A stretch of 64,000 bases of DNA from a virus. Its lineage: Duplodnaviria; Caudoviricetes. Location: IMG/VR virus record IMGVR_UViG_3300042268_000564. One strand, given 5' to 3'. Numbering within the stretch: the first letter of the stretch is position 1; the number at the start of each line of letters is the position of its first letter. Below, piece after piece: positions 27,679 to 37,600 of the stretch. The translations under genes and the position numbers were made by a program. The notes beneath the pieces were generated by a model. The model ran no database searches. It was given only the letters and a program-made list of their open reading frames with translations, and had not been told where the DNA came from.

Positions 27679-28392
27679 ATGAGAAAACTTTTTATCACAA
27701 TTCTTTTGGTAATGGTAGCTGTTACTTGTCAGGCAATGACCTTTGATGTTGGAACTGGATATTTCAGCCAGTATGTATTCAGAGGGCAAAGATTGATTGA
27801 TTCGCCTGTTCTTATGCCATCTGTTTGTTTGAATGGTGAGCATATTGAACTCAGAGCAACCAACATTTATGACATGGACAAAAAAGATTACTACAAGAAT
27901 GAATTTCAGGTCACTTTCAAGACTGAAATTGAAAAAGTTGGTGTTGATGTTGGTTTCCTTCGCCATGACCTTGCTAATGCTGGAATTGATACCAATGAAT
28001 TTTTTGTAAAAGCAGCTTGGAATAGAGAATGGCGTCCAACTTTCGCAGTTTATTTTGACGTTGAAAAAGGTAGCGGTCAGTACCTTCAGGCAGGACTTGA
28101 AAGACAGTTTAAAGCTGACAAAAATACTGTAGCTTTTGGTGGTCGCTTCAGTTATATCCTTGATAATGGGTATATGGGACTTGATGCTGCTGGCAAAGAA
28201 TTTTCAGGAGCTTACAATGGCGAGCTTTACCTTACCTCTAAATTCAATATTGGCAAGCACATCGTCGCTGAACCTATGATTGGCTACACTTTCCCGCTTT
28301 CCAACGAAGCTGAAGGTGCTATCAAGAGATTAAGTGTAAAGAACAAGGAAAACACTCTTTACGGTGGGATTACACTCACAACAAGCTGGTAA
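27679..28392 (+). CDS. Signal-peptide outer-membrane beta-barrel protein (TIGR02001/TorF-like putative porin)
   Basis: Sec signal peptide, SQYVFRG, alternating hydrophobic strands, C-terminal Trp. Confidence 0.7.
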   Translation: MRKLFITILLVMVAVTCQAMTFDVGTGYFSQYVFRGQRLIDSPVLMPSVCLNGEHIELRATNIYDMDKKDYYKNEFQVTFKTEIEKVGVDVGFLRHDLANAGIDTNEFFVKAAWNREWRPTFAVYFDVEKGSGQYLQAGLERQFKADKNTVAFGGRFSYILDNGYMGLDAAGKEFSGAYNGELYLTSKFNIGKHIVAEPMIGYTFPLSNEAEGAIKRLSVKNKENTLYGGITLTTSW

Positions 28393-28405
28393 AATAGCTT
28401 AAACC

Positions 28406-28434
28406 AAAAGGAGGCTTTTAAGCCTCCTTTTTTT
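28406..28434. terminator. Bidirectional terminator
   Basis: aaaaggaggctt-tt-aagcctcctttttt between convergent genes. Confidence 0.8.
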
Positions 28435-28717
28435 ATTCTCTGCAAATCTCTAATCCAAGACATAATCCATTTATCTGTAATACATCGCACGTCTTTGATA
28501 AATTGTGATAATCCAGTTTTTCCACCTCTTGATAAGAATGAACAAATACTGATTCAATCTTTTTATCGTCTTTAACAGCCTCATTAATGGACGATGCCCA
28601 CACCAACGGATGCGCCGAAATAAGCAGTCCGAATTTTTTGGCATCTATCATTCTATTTCCCATTTCTGAATATATGCCTTCATGCCGAATTGTAGCAACC
28701 ACATAATAATAGCTCAT
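28433..28717 (-). CDS. Hypothetical protein
   Basis: AGGAG RBS. Confidence 0.6.
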   Translation of the reverse strand: MSYYYVVATIRHEGIYSEMGNRMIDAKKFGLLISAHPLVWASSINEAVKDDKKIESVFVHSYQEVEKLDYHNLSKTCDVLQINGLCLGLEICRE

Positions 28718-28757
28718 ATCAATTCTCCTTCATTTATATAATATTCTTTTGACTTGC

Positions 28758-28785
28758 TTGACATTTATTTGTATTTCGTTATAAT
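28758..28785 (+). promoter_or_regulatory. Sigma70-type promoter
   Basis: TTGACA-N16-TATAAT. Confidence 0.75.
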
Positions 28786-28813
28786 AAAGATATAAATAAA
28801 TAGGAGGTTCGGT

Positions 28814-29017
28814 ATGAATAAGCAGGAATGGCAAGAATGGCAAGCAAAAGCAATTGCTGGCACTGTTCAAGATAAGGATAATCCTGTATTTCTTTTCTGC
28901 ATGACCGAGACTCAAATGTTGGTGGACATTGTTAATGGCAAGATTAATCCTGTGGAACTTGCCAAGCGAGAGCTTGAGAGTCGCAGGTTCGATATAAAAT
29001 CAGGGAGGTTCGTATGA
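28814..29017 (+). CDS. Small hypothetical protein
   Basis: AGGAGG RBS after a promoter. Confidence 0.7.
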   Translation: MNKQEWQEWQAKAIAGTVQDKDNPVFLFCMTETQMLVDIVNGKINPVELAKRELESRRFDIKSGRFV

Positions 29018-29114
29018 TAGAAAAAGCTTGGCTTTCAAAAAATGATGGAACGCTCCAGCCTATTTGGGTTGAAACTACCAAAGATGGCAAGCAGGTATTG
29101 CACGAAACAAAACC

Positions 29115-29603
29115 ATGCAACGGCACCAAATAGACCTCAATAAAACTCAAATTATAGCCCTGCAAGATGCAATTGAGGCTTTGTTGGATTTTGGGACTTA
29201 TGCCGACCCTGAAACTTTGGCATATGAACATGGGATTTCTTACGCTAAAGCTCGCAATGTGTTTAATGCAATACACAATAGTGACTTTGAGAATGTTTAT
29301 GCTCAACTCAGTATGGCAAGCAAGTCGTTTGGATTTGCTAAAACAAAACAATACAGCATGACATGTTCATTCGAGATTATATCTGGAATGGATTATGTGA
29401 TGGAAGCATTACATAATTACATTGAGGACGATATTAATCTGCACATGGACATGTTTGAAGAAATGTTTGGCTCGAAAAATGCGAAGAAAATAGTGGGTGA
29501 GCTTGAAGAATTAATGACAAAACTTCTCGAAGCGGCTGCGATTATGAAAGAGCCAGAAAGAGAGATTACCGAGCAGGACATTGTTACAATTGAAATGCTT
29601 TGA
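29115..29603 (+). CDS. Hypothetical protein
   Basis: 162-aa ORF. Confidence 0.65.
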   Translation: MQRHQIDLNKTQIIALQDAIEALLDFGTYADPETLAYEHGISYAKARNVFNAIHNSDFENVYAQLSMASKSFGFAKTKQYSMTCSFEIISGMDYVMEALHNYIEDDINLHMDMFEEMFGSKNAKKIVGELEELMTKLLEAAAIMKEPEREITEQDIVTIEML

Positions 29604-29607
29604 ATTG

Positions 29608-29667
29608 TGTGGTAATTTTACCGCATAGTTGTGGTATTTTAGCTACACGTGTGGTATTTTTACCACA
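29608..29667. repeat. Three tandem imperfect palindromes TGTGGTA-N4-TACCACA
   Basis: tgtggtaattttaccgca / tgtggtattttagctaca / tgtggtatttttaccaca. Confidence 0.7.
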
Positions 29668-29677
29668 GTCAGTTCTA

Positions 29678-29707
29678 AAAAAAGAGAGAGTGATACACTC
29701 TCTCTTT
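29678..29707. terminator. Bidirectional terminator
   Basis: aaagagagagtg-ata-cactctctcttt. Confidence 0.75.
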
Positions 29708-29727
29708 AATCGTTGGTTGAGTTTAGG

Positions 29728-30267
29728 TTAAGTTGTACCGTGTTGTAAAAAGCTTTCTAGTGTTGTGTTGATTTTATGTGCTTCATCGGCAAATTCTTTA
29801 AAAATATTAATGATACATTTAGCCATTTCTTGTGGCATCTTCCTGATTTCACCCATAGCGATAGCGTAAGCAGTTTGCATCTGTTCGTTAGTATTTGACG
29901 GTTTGGTCTCATCAAGGGCGTTCATGATTTCAGTGCTGTTCTGATGTTTTTTCAGCTTGATATTAAGTGTTTTCAAAACTGGAATTGCATCAGGGCTAAA
30001 CAATAATCTGTTTTTAACAATATAGATGAGTTTCTTTTCCAAAAGTTTATTCTTGATTTTACTCACGAGATGATAGAGCCGAAAACGGTTGATGCCAAGC
30101 TCTTTGACCACGGTGCCAGTCTTGCACAGGTCATTGTGAGCTGGCATATTAATCTCTTGAGCAGGCACTTTGGTTGCTGCGCTGGCGTTTACTTTAACAA
30201 CTGTCTTGTTGCTGTGCTTCTTACGTTTTGCGTTCCCTCTTTTTTTGTTTTTAGAACGATTGACCAT
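29728..30267 (-). CDS. Basic protein, possible HTH DNA-binding
   Basis: GGAGG RBS; TGTVVKELGINRFRLY. Confidence 0.55.
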   Translation of the reverse strand: MVNRSKNKKRGNAKRKKHSNKTVVKVNASAATKVPAQEINMPAHNDLCKTGTVVKELGINRFRLYHLVSKIKNKLLEKKLIYIVKNRLLFSPDAIPVLKTLNIKLKKHQNSTEIMNALDETKPSNTNEQMQTAYAIAMGEIRKMPQEMAKCIINIFKEFADEAHKINTTLESFLQHGTT

Positions 30268-30344
30268 AAAAATCCTCCCATAAATTTATATTTGTTAAAG
30301 TCAACGTAAACATTTTTTAGGTGGATGTCAAATAAAAAATAAAA

Positions 30345-30371
30345 ATAGAGGTGTGATATCACACCTCTATT
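30345..30371 (-). terminator. Intrinsic terminator
   Basis: atagaggtgtga-ta-tcacacctctat with a T-run on the minus strand. Confidence 0.7.
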
Positions 30372-30447
30372 AAAAACATCTTATTTGTTTCTGTTGGCGA
30401 GAAGCTTGTTTATGTTGTCTTAACTTTGCTTTGCTTGAACGATTAAA

Positions 30448-33400
30448 TTAGATTGCAGTGATTGTCGCAGGAACTTCTACGCCGTTTACTTTGATTTTGT
30501 AAGAATCTGCCCCATTCGGTGGTGTATCCCAAGTGATAACGACGTCGTTTGTTTTTGTGTCAGTAATTATACTGTTTAAAGGTGCGTCAGGCAGAGTGAG
30601 TATATTTACAATCAAAGTCGCAGACTCGGATTCATTCCAACTAGTTTGATATACCTTGAAATTATAATCACTGTTTGCTGATAAGCCCACTACACTTGTT
30701 GATAGAATGTCGTTCGGCATTGTCTGAATAGGTATGCCGTCTTGATATAATGTGCATGTTGCATAAGTCGCAGAAGTAATCAAAACAGTTATATCTGGCA
30801 CATCTCCCAATCCAGCGTATTCATATCCAAAACCTGTTATACTTCCATCCCCATGTAATACATAATTATAAAAATAATTGGATTGCAAACTTATAACATT
30901 TGTTAGTTCAGCAGGGATATTATTTATTGCCCCGTTATAATCGCTCCCCCAACCAACAATAGTATTGTCAGCTTTTAAAGCCATGCTTCTGAAAAAACCA
31001 CCAGTTATATCAATAACACCAGTTAAGCCAGTTGGCACGTCGCATTGTCCATAATCATTGCGTCCCCAAGCTACTACCGTGCCATCTGTTTTAAGTGCTA
31101 ATGAGTGATTCGGGCCTGCGGCTATTTTTTTAACACCAGTTAAGCCAGTTGGCACGTTGCACTGACCGTAATCATTGCGCCCCCAAGCTACTACCGTGTT
31201 GTCGGGCATGAGAGCTAATGAATGAAAATTGCCACAAACGATTTGTTTAATATCTAGCAACTCTGTGAAAGGCACATCACATTGTCCATACGTATTATCA
31301 CCCCAAGCAACAATATTACCAATTGCTTTTAAAGCAAGGCAAAAATCTTGTCCTGCGGCTATTTTTTTAACACCAGTTAAGCCAGTTGGCACGTCGCATT
31401 GTCCGTAATCATTGCTCCCCCAAGCTACTACCGTGCCATCTGTTTTAAGTGCTAATGAATTCCATCTACTTGCCACAGCCTGTCTAACACCAGTTAAGCC
31501 AGTTGGTACGTCGCATTGACCGAAGTTATTGTCGCCCCATGCGACCACTGAGGCATCCGCTTTAACGGCTAATGTGTGAATAGCACATGAGCTTGTACAT
31601 AAGCCTAAAACGTCTTCGGTAGACGAAGTTATAAGATTATCCCAGCTTAAGTCAACTGTGTTTTTTGTTATTGCGTCAACAGTGATAAAACCACTAGCGG
31701 TAGTTGTAGTATATGTAGACGACATTGCTGATTCGTTGGTTGCGCTGACAGCTTTAACTGTAACGTTATATATAGCGTTTTCAACAAGCCCACTAAAACT
31801 TATGCTGTTTGCCGTTGTGGTGTTATACAAGCTGCTGTTCAAATATACCTCATAAGATGTTGCGTCAGCAACCGCATCCCACGTCAAGTCAAAGCCTGTG
31901 GGGTGAGAATTCGTCTCTATTAAATTCGTTGGCGAATTTAATAGCGTCAAGGTTGTTGCAATATTCCCTGCCGACTCACCTGTTTCATTAACTGACTTAA
32001 CCATGAAATCGTAGTTAGTGTTTGGCATAAGGTTTGTTATTGTATTAGGACTTGTCAAGACATTATTAACAAACACGCCGTCTTGATACACATTGTAAGA
32101 GTCTGCATTTGTTGTAGGCGGGTTCCAAGAAATAGTTGCAGAATCGCTAGTCGCTATTGCAGTGACATTTTGAGGCACAGATGGCAATGTTAATTGATTT
32201 ATAAATTCCGAATCTAACGACTCTCCTGTAGCATTAAGAGACCTTATGGCGAAATTATAGCTGGTATTGCCAACTAAACCAGTAATATTTATTGCGGTGC
32301 TGGCAACATTTCCATATAAGACCCCGTTTTTATATACATTATAAGAATCAGCCCCATTAATAGGCGCAGTCCAACTTAAGTCTAATGTATTGACAGTAAC
32401 ATTATTTACAGTTAATGTGACTGGCGCCAAAGGCAATGTTAATGCTGTAAGAATACTTGCGCTGGTGGATTCCCCACTTGTATTTATCGCTTTGATTGTT
32501 ATATCATAACTTGTATTTGATGTCAGCCCCGTTATTGTTTTAGTCGATGTAGATGACGTGTCCCACAAATTGCCATCCACATAAATATTATAGGTGTCCG
32601 CACCCAATGATGAAGTCCATGAAAGTGAAACAGACGTTGATGTTATACTAGTTTGTATTAAATTGGTTGGTGGGTTTGGAACAGTTATCACATTAATGCT
32701 ATTTGATAAATTTGAAAAGCTATTAGCACTAATAGCCTTTACAGACAAAGCATAAGTTTCGCCACCTAACAATCCGGTAATAGATTGTGAATTTGTAACA
32801 GACGTATTGGTCAAGTCCCCGTTCAAATATACCTCATAAGAGGTTGCATTTGGAACACTAGACCAGCTCAAAAGTAAAGATGTAGATGTGATATCAGCCA
32901 CATCAATATTTGTGGGGGTGTCCAATAATGGTAATGTTGCAAGAGAAGTTATAGTGGCTTGTGATTTGCCTGATGAATTTACAGCTTTTAATATCAAATC
33001 ATAGATTGTGTCAGGCAACAACTCTGGCACATTGAAGAACAAATTTGTAATTCCAGTATATACTGCAATAGAGCTATTGTTAACATTAACATTAAGCTCA
33101 TAAGAAGTTGCAGTCTCAACCTCTGACCATTGTAATAATATTGATGCCGCACGAATTTCTGTCCCTGTGATTGTTGGCGGAAAAGGTAACGTTAATACAT
33201 TAATTTGAATCGGGTTGCTCGGATGTCCTACAGGATTGTAAGCCGTTAATGTGACCGTATAATCCTTCGACGCAACTAGTCCCGTCATAGTATAACTTGT
33301 TGCGCTTGTTGTAACGGTTTTTGTGTTTTCCTCCGCTGCGTCAAAATCTATTCTGTAATAGGCAGCCCCACCATCTGGAGATGTCCATGCCAACCCACAA

Positions 33401-34539
33401 CTTGTTTCAGTTATTGATGTCAAATATAATCCTGATGGATTATTAACTGCGGTAGCCGTTATAAGAGGTTCTGAGTAATTTGACAAATCCCAGCCTCCTT
33501 CGCCGTTAGGCAGCCACGCTCTTACATCAATCGAATAATCTGTATTAGGCGTTAAATTGTTGAGTGTATATGTCGTTGATGCCCATTGTGTCTTATAACC
33601 ACTTCCATTTACCCTGATATCATAATAATCAGCATTATCAACCACATCCCATGCAATAGACAGGCTAGTAGTTGTAGGTATAGATGTTAATCTCACATTT
33701 GTCGGAATTGGCACCATAGGAGTAGCGACTTGGGTAGTCGTAGAGATAGGCCCTTCCCAAAGTCCCAAATGTTTTGCTTGTAATGCAAAATTATAAGTTG
33801 TATTTTGTGACAACCCTGTAATTGTAACACTATTACTTAAAGAAGTTTTGGCACCACCAACTAAACTAGGTTCGTATATAACGTATGTATCTGCATCAGG
33901 AACATCTGCCCATGTTAATGTCACAGTTGTTGATGATACGGCAGATACAGAGGGCGGAGATTGAGTTGCCGGCCCCGTTCTGCCAGTTATATTAACAGGG
34001 CTACTTTCTAAGCTTCCTGCCACTGTAACAATGTCAAAGCTATAAGCTGTCGCCGCATTAAGCCCCGAAACCGTAATTGAGTTATAATTGTTATAACTTG
34101 TGCTATAACCTTCTGCTGTTGTAGCAACCGTTGTGTATAAAACAGAATCTTTGAAAATTTTAAATGAATCTGCGCCAGTCGTTGGCTCTTTCCATGTCAA
34201 AGTTATCGAAGTCGATTCTTGAGAATAGCTACTAGCTTGAGTTGCAGGATTGGCGACACTAGTCGACACAGGAAGTAGTGTTGATAATGCAGAATCCCCT
34301 GAACTGTTTGAGGCGTAAATTTGTATAGGATAAGCAGTGCCAGCCGTTAATCCTGTCATCATATATTCTAAATAGCCATATTCATTGGTAGATAAATTTG
34401 TTGTGCTTGCAAAAAAAGTCCCATCTATTAAAATTGTGTAAGATGTAGCATCCCCACTGGCAGACGGGAGCCAGTTTAATCTTATCGTATTTATTGAAGA
34501 AGAAGCTTGTAAACCATATGGTGCACTAGGTATCGCCAT
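30448..34539 (-). CDS. Fibronectin type III repeat protein with an RCC1/BLIP-II repeat beta-propeller
   Basis: About 11 FN3 units (P..L...L.W...Y...GL....Y...V.A.N..G.S); repeated LALKxDxTVVAWGxNxYGQCxVP. Confidence 0.9.
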   Translation of the reverse strand: MAIPSAPYGLQASSSINTIRLNWLPSASGDATSYTILIDGTFFASTTNLSTNEYGYLEYMMTGLTAGTAYPIQIYASNSSGDSALSTLLPVSTSVANPATQASSYSQESTSITLTWKEPTTGADSFKIFKDSVLYTTVATTAEGYSTSYNNYNSITVSGLNAATAYSFDIVTVAGSLESSPVNITGRTGPATQSPPSVSAVSSTTVTLTWADVPDADTYVIYEPSLVGGAKTSLSNSVTITGLSQNTTYNFALQAKHLGLWEGPISTTTQVATPMVPIPTNVRLTSIPTTTSLSIAWDVVDNADYYDIRVNGSGYKTQWASTTYTLNNLTPNTDYSIDVRAWLPNGEGGWDLSNYSEPLITATAVNNPSGLYLTSITETSCGLAWTSPDGGAAYYRIDFDAAEENTKTVTTSATSYTMTGLVASKDYTVTLTAYNPVGHPSNPIQINVLTLPFPPTITGTEIRAASILLQWSEVETATSYELNVNVNNSSIAVYTGITNLFFNVPELLPDTIYDLILKAVNSSGKSQATITSLATLPLLDTPTNIDVADITSTSLLLSWSSVPNATSYEVYLNGDLTNTSVTNSQSITGLLGGETYALSVKAISANSFSNLSNSINVITVPNPPTNLIQTSITSTSVSLSWTSSLGADTYNIYVDGNLWDTSSTSTKTITGLTSNTSYDITIKAINTSGESTSASILTALTLPLAPVTLTVNNVTVNTLDLSWTAPINGADSYNVYKNGVLYGNVASTAINITGLVGNTSYNFAIRSLNATGESLDSEFINQLTLPSVPQNVTAIATSDSATISWNPPTTNADSYNVYQDGVFVNNVLTSPNTITNLMPNTNYDFMVKSVNETGESAGNIATTLTLLNSPTNLIETNSHPTGFDLTWDAVADATSYEVYLNSSLYNTTTANSISFSGLVENAIYNVTVKAVSATNESAMSSTYTTTTASGFITVDAITKNTVDLSWDNLITSSTEDVLGLCTSSCAIHTLAVKADASVVAWGDNNFGQCDVPTGLTGVRQAVASRWNSLALKTDGTVVAWGSNDYGQCDVPTGLTGVKKIAAGQDFCLALKAIGNIVAWGDNTYGQCDVPFTELLDIKQIVCGNFHSLALMPDNTVVAWGRNDYGQCNVPTGLTGVKKIAAGPNHSLALKTDGTVVAWGRNDYGQCDVPTGLTGVIDITGGFFRSMALKADNTIVGWGSDYNGAINNIPAELTNVISLQSNYFYNYVLHGDGSITGFGYEYAGLGDVPDITVLITSATYATCTLYQDGIPIQTMPNDILSTSVVGLSANSDYNFKVYQTSWNESESATLIVNILTLPDAPLNSIITDTKTNDVVITWDTPPNGADSYKIKVNGVEVPATITAI

Positions 34540-34659
34540 AATAAAAAATATCTCCCTTAAAAATCTTTATCAATACTTTATTCATAATATTTTCAAAATC
34601 TACTTGACACTTTTTCGCATTTCAATATAATTAGATTAGAAATCAAATGGAGGTATTTT

Positions 34660-34821
34660 ATGAAAAGCTCTGAACTTGACTATCTATATAAAATGGTTGA
34701 ATTCTACGCAGGGGAAAGAAAACGCCAGCCAAAGGTTCCCATTCATCTCAAACCTTCCTATAGACAGTATGTTGTTGAAAACATTAAGCGTGCTGCAAAG
34801 GCACGGGTTGCTGCGAGATAA
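34660..34821 (+). CDS. Small hypothetical protein (53 aa)
   Basis: GGAGG RBS after a TTGACA/TATAAT promoter; below the ORF-track cutoff. Confidence 0.55.
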   Translation: MKSSELDYLYKMVEFYAGERKRQPKVPIHLKPSYRQYVVENIKRAAKARVAAR

Positions 34822-34830
34822 GAGGAAAAT

Positions 34831-34998
34831 ATGAAACATGAAATCAACAGAATTAAAAATATTCTGAACTGTGAAGATAGTCATGCTAAAAACGTGTATG
34901 ACCAGATAGCCCCATTCGTAGACTTTTCTGAAATAACAATAAGGAACTACATCATCGAAGTCCGAGTTGCCGACCACATTCTCAAAAAAGGTTTATAA
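34831..34998 (+). CDS. Small hypothetical protein (55 aa)
   Basis: GAGG RBS; below the ORF-track cutoff. Confidence 0.55.
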   Translation: MKHEINRIKNILNCEDSHAKNVYDQIAPFVDFSEITIRNYIIEVRVADHILKKGL

Positions 34999-35005
34999 CA
35001 TAATT

Positions 35006-35227
35006 ATGGCAAGGAAAACTAATAAAAAGACAATTCATGACTTTACAAGTCAAATCCATTCAACCAGACGTAAAGACACCATGTTTGCCAATATGTCTAA
35101 CTGGAACGAGAGAAAAGCCAAAGCAGAAAACAAAGTAGGCTGTAGCCACTGTCGATTCTTCGCATTAGGCTGTTCCGAGTTTATTGGTAGATGGCATCAA
35201 CCATGTTCAGAATTTGAATGGTGGTAA
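35006..35227 (+). CDS. Small Cys-containing hypothetical protein
   Basis: CSHC...C...C. Confidence 0.45.
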   Translation: MARKTNKKTIHDFTSQIHSTRRKDTMFANMSNWNERKAKAENKVGCSHCRFFALGCSEFIGRWHQPCSEFEWW

Positions 35228-35304
35228 TATTTTTTTCTGAATCCGCTTGACACTTTTTTATATTTGATTATAATAAGAATATAAGAAATTTGGAGGTAAT
35301 GAAA

Positions 35305-35517
35305 ATGAGTAAGGACTACAACTGGAGAGAAGATAATCTGTTTCAGGACAACAACACTCGTGCTTTATATTACAAAATCGCTGATAACCTTCCTGGGCTG
35401 GTTAAAATGATGGAAATCGCTGCTGAACGTGGCAGTGAAATGGCGAAAAAAGAGCTGCCGATGTATAAAAAGATGTTAGAATTGTTCAACACATCAAAAC
35501 TTGGCAAATATTTTTAA
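35305..35517 (+). CDS. Small hypothetical protein
   Basis: Promoter 35247-35274 (TTGACA-N16-TATAAT) and GGAGG RBS. Confidence 0.65.
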   Translation: MSKDYNWREDNLFQDNNTRALYYKIADNLPGLVKMMEIAAERGSEMAKKELPMYKKMLELFNTSKLGKYF

Positions 35518-35532
35518 GGAGCTTGAACTTGC

Positions 35533-35994
35533 ATGGTAACATTATGCTTAGACCTTGAAGAAACGATTATCGACAATATATGGGATGGTAACATTCTCAC
35601 AGAAAATATCCAGAAAATAAAAAAGATAATCAAACATCACAAGCCTGACAGAATCATTACCTTCTCATTTGCCCTGATAGACGCACAAGATAAACAAATC
35701 TGGAAACATGTTCAAAGCGAACTCAAAGAAATGGGAATCACTGTAGAAACACAGCAATTTGAAGTAAATGAACTGCGCCAGCTTTTCCTGAGAAAAAGAT
35801 TTGGTGCTCACCGATTGCCCGACAAAGATTCTACTGAATTTTTGTGTGAATTTACACAATTTTGTCGCAAAGACATCGTGTTTGAGTGGTGGGCTATGCA
35901 GCAGGCTGAAGGGAACTTTATTCTCGTAGACGACATGGTTGAGAATAAAACCATTGTATGCGGAAAAAGAGCCATAAAATTGATAAAAATTTGA
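35533..35994 (+). CDS. HAD-superfamily phosphatase-like protein
   Basis: LCLDLEETII motif I variant; FILVDD motif IV. Confidence 0.6.
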   Translation: MVTLCLDLEETIIDNIWDGNILTENIQKIKKIIKHHKPDRIITFSFALIDAQDKQIWKHVQSELKEMGITVETQQFEVNELRQLFLRKRFGAHRLPDKDSTEFLCEFTQFCRKDIVFEWWAMQQAEGNFILVDDMVENKTIVCGKRAIKLIKI

Positions 35995-36056
35995 TTGACA
36001 ATTAAACTAATTTATTTATAATAAAAATATAGATTAAACAAAAGGAGCCGAGCAAC

Positions 36057-36407
36057 ATGCTTGAACCAATCCAGAGTGAAATAGCTAGACTTGAAAAAGA
36101 GCTTGTTACTATGACAAGCGAAACTCTCCGTGCTCTGTATTCAGGGCAACTCAGTGGCTTGAAAATGGGTCTTACACTGCTTCTGAACCACAACATCTTT
36201 GATGAAAAGAAGTTCTTCTGCTGGGGTGGCAAGATGCTTCCAGTTGTTGATACTAACAAAGTTACTGGCAAAGAGCGTGTTAAGTTCACGATTCAGCAAA
36301 TAATCAAGAATGACCGGATTGCTGCTGGCAGGGACACACACGCCACATTCACACCTTATATTCAGGGACACAGCATAGGGCTTGAATCAGTACTCAGCTA
36401 CTTGTAA
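36057..36407 (+). CDS. Hypothetical protein
   Basis: Promoter 35995-36022; AAGGAGCCGAG leader. Confidence 0.7.
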   Translation: MLEPIQSEIARLEKELVTMTSETLRALYSGQLSGLKMGLTLLLNHNIFDEKKFFCWGGKMLPVVDTNKVTGKERVKFTIQQIIKNDRIAAGRDTHATFTPYIQGHSIGLESVLSYL

Positions 36408-36420
36408 GTATTATAAAAGC

Positions 36421-37344
36421 ATGGACACCATGCTTGCATCTACACTTAAAATACTGTCACAACTTTTACCTATAAAATCGAATCCCGGACGTGAACAGAA
36501 TATGTTTAATTATGTTCGGGGTTTATTTTTGTCCTTGGGCTTTGAGCAGATTGAATTGCCGCTCGTTGTAGACAAATATCAAATCCACAAATCTGTTGCC
36601 GATACTGATGCTATATTTGAAAGACAAGTCCCTAATCTTGCTTTAACTTTCTCTGGCGACAAGGATAAGCCTCATTATTTGTTTAATGCTCACCTTGACC
36701 ATTATTTTGCCGAGAATATAACCAAAGAGCTTATATTTAAGGACGATTGGTTGGTTGGTGACGGTAAGAATATTCTTGCTGCTGACAATAAAGCAGGAAT
36801 AGCCATCATTTATACAATCGTGCAAGCTCTCATTGCACAAAAAAAACCACCATCAATAGACATACTATTCGATACCTGCGAGGAAGATGGCGTAATAGGA
36901 ATAAGTGAATTTGTCGCCCACAAACATTACCATTTGATGCCATTCTGGCAGGCTTACAAAATGAACAAGACTGTTTACTCTTATTCAATGGATGGCGAGC
37001 ATCACTATCCTCATATGAAATTATGCGTGAATCGCCCAAGCGGATTGTTTCTTTGTAAATATTTGGCGAATAAGGAACAGATATTTGATATAAACAAGGG
37101 TGAGCTTAAAGCGAGAAAGCTGCGTAAAGTTGAAAGATACTTGATAAACACAATCTCGAACGTGTGTAATGTGGAGCAGGCAAGTTTGCGAGTAGAAAAA
37201 TTTGGTGCAAGCTTTGTTATTCTAAATAAAGCAATCCCCATCGTTTTAGTCCCGATGGGGATTTATAATCAACACACTAAAGATGAAATACTCTACGTTC
37301 CTTGGCTGGAAACCATAATCAAGGCATTTACTCCTCGTAAATAG
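36421..37344 (+). CDS. M20/M28-family zinc peptidase
   Basis: NAHLDH, AADNKAG, CEEDG and C-terminal HTKDE. Confidence 0.8.
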   Translation: MDTMLASTLKILSQLLPIKSNPGREQNMFNYVRGLFLSLGFEQIELPLVVDKYQIHKSVADTDAIFERQVPNLALTFSGDKDKPHYLFNAHLDHYFAENITKELIFKDDWLVGDGKNILAADNKAGIAIIYTIVQALIAQKKPPSIDILFDTCEEDGVIGISEFVAHKHYHLMPFWQAYKMNKTVYSYSMDGEHHYPHMKLCVNRPSGLFLCKYLANKEQIFDINKGELKARKLRKVERYLINTISNVCNVEQASLRVEKFGASFVILNKAIPIVLVPMGIYNQHTKDEILYVPWLETIIKAFTPRK

Positions 37345-37600
37345 CCATAATACTATTATCGTATACCACCAACACGTCTTTCCCCTCCCAAGTGATTTTG
37401 GTGCCAGAGTGTTTTTCAATGAGGATTCTGTCACCTATTTTTACATCTGATTTAACATCGCTTCCAATAGCGACAACTATGCCAGTGGTCTGCTGTTCTT
37501 TTTCGACAAGGTCTGGAATGACAATACCTGATGCCGTTTGTGTTTTATGGGGTTTTACTTCTATTATTAGCTTGTCATTGATTGGTTGCAATTTTGGCAT
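37328..37600 (-). CDS. groES: Co-chaperonin GroES
   Basis: LQPINDKLIIE...TASGIVIP...GIVVAIG...VKIGDRIL. Confidence 0.9.
   Translation of the reverse strand: MPKLQPINDKLIIEVKPHKTQTASGIVIPDLVEKEQQTTGIVVAIGSDVKSDVKIGDRILIEKHSGTKITWEGKDVLVVYDNSIMAIYEE

Noticed and set aside
31010-31560. Regular DNA repeats as a CRISPR array
   Set aside because: They are in-frame coding RCC1-type repeats. No repeat-spacer array or cas gene was seen in the window.
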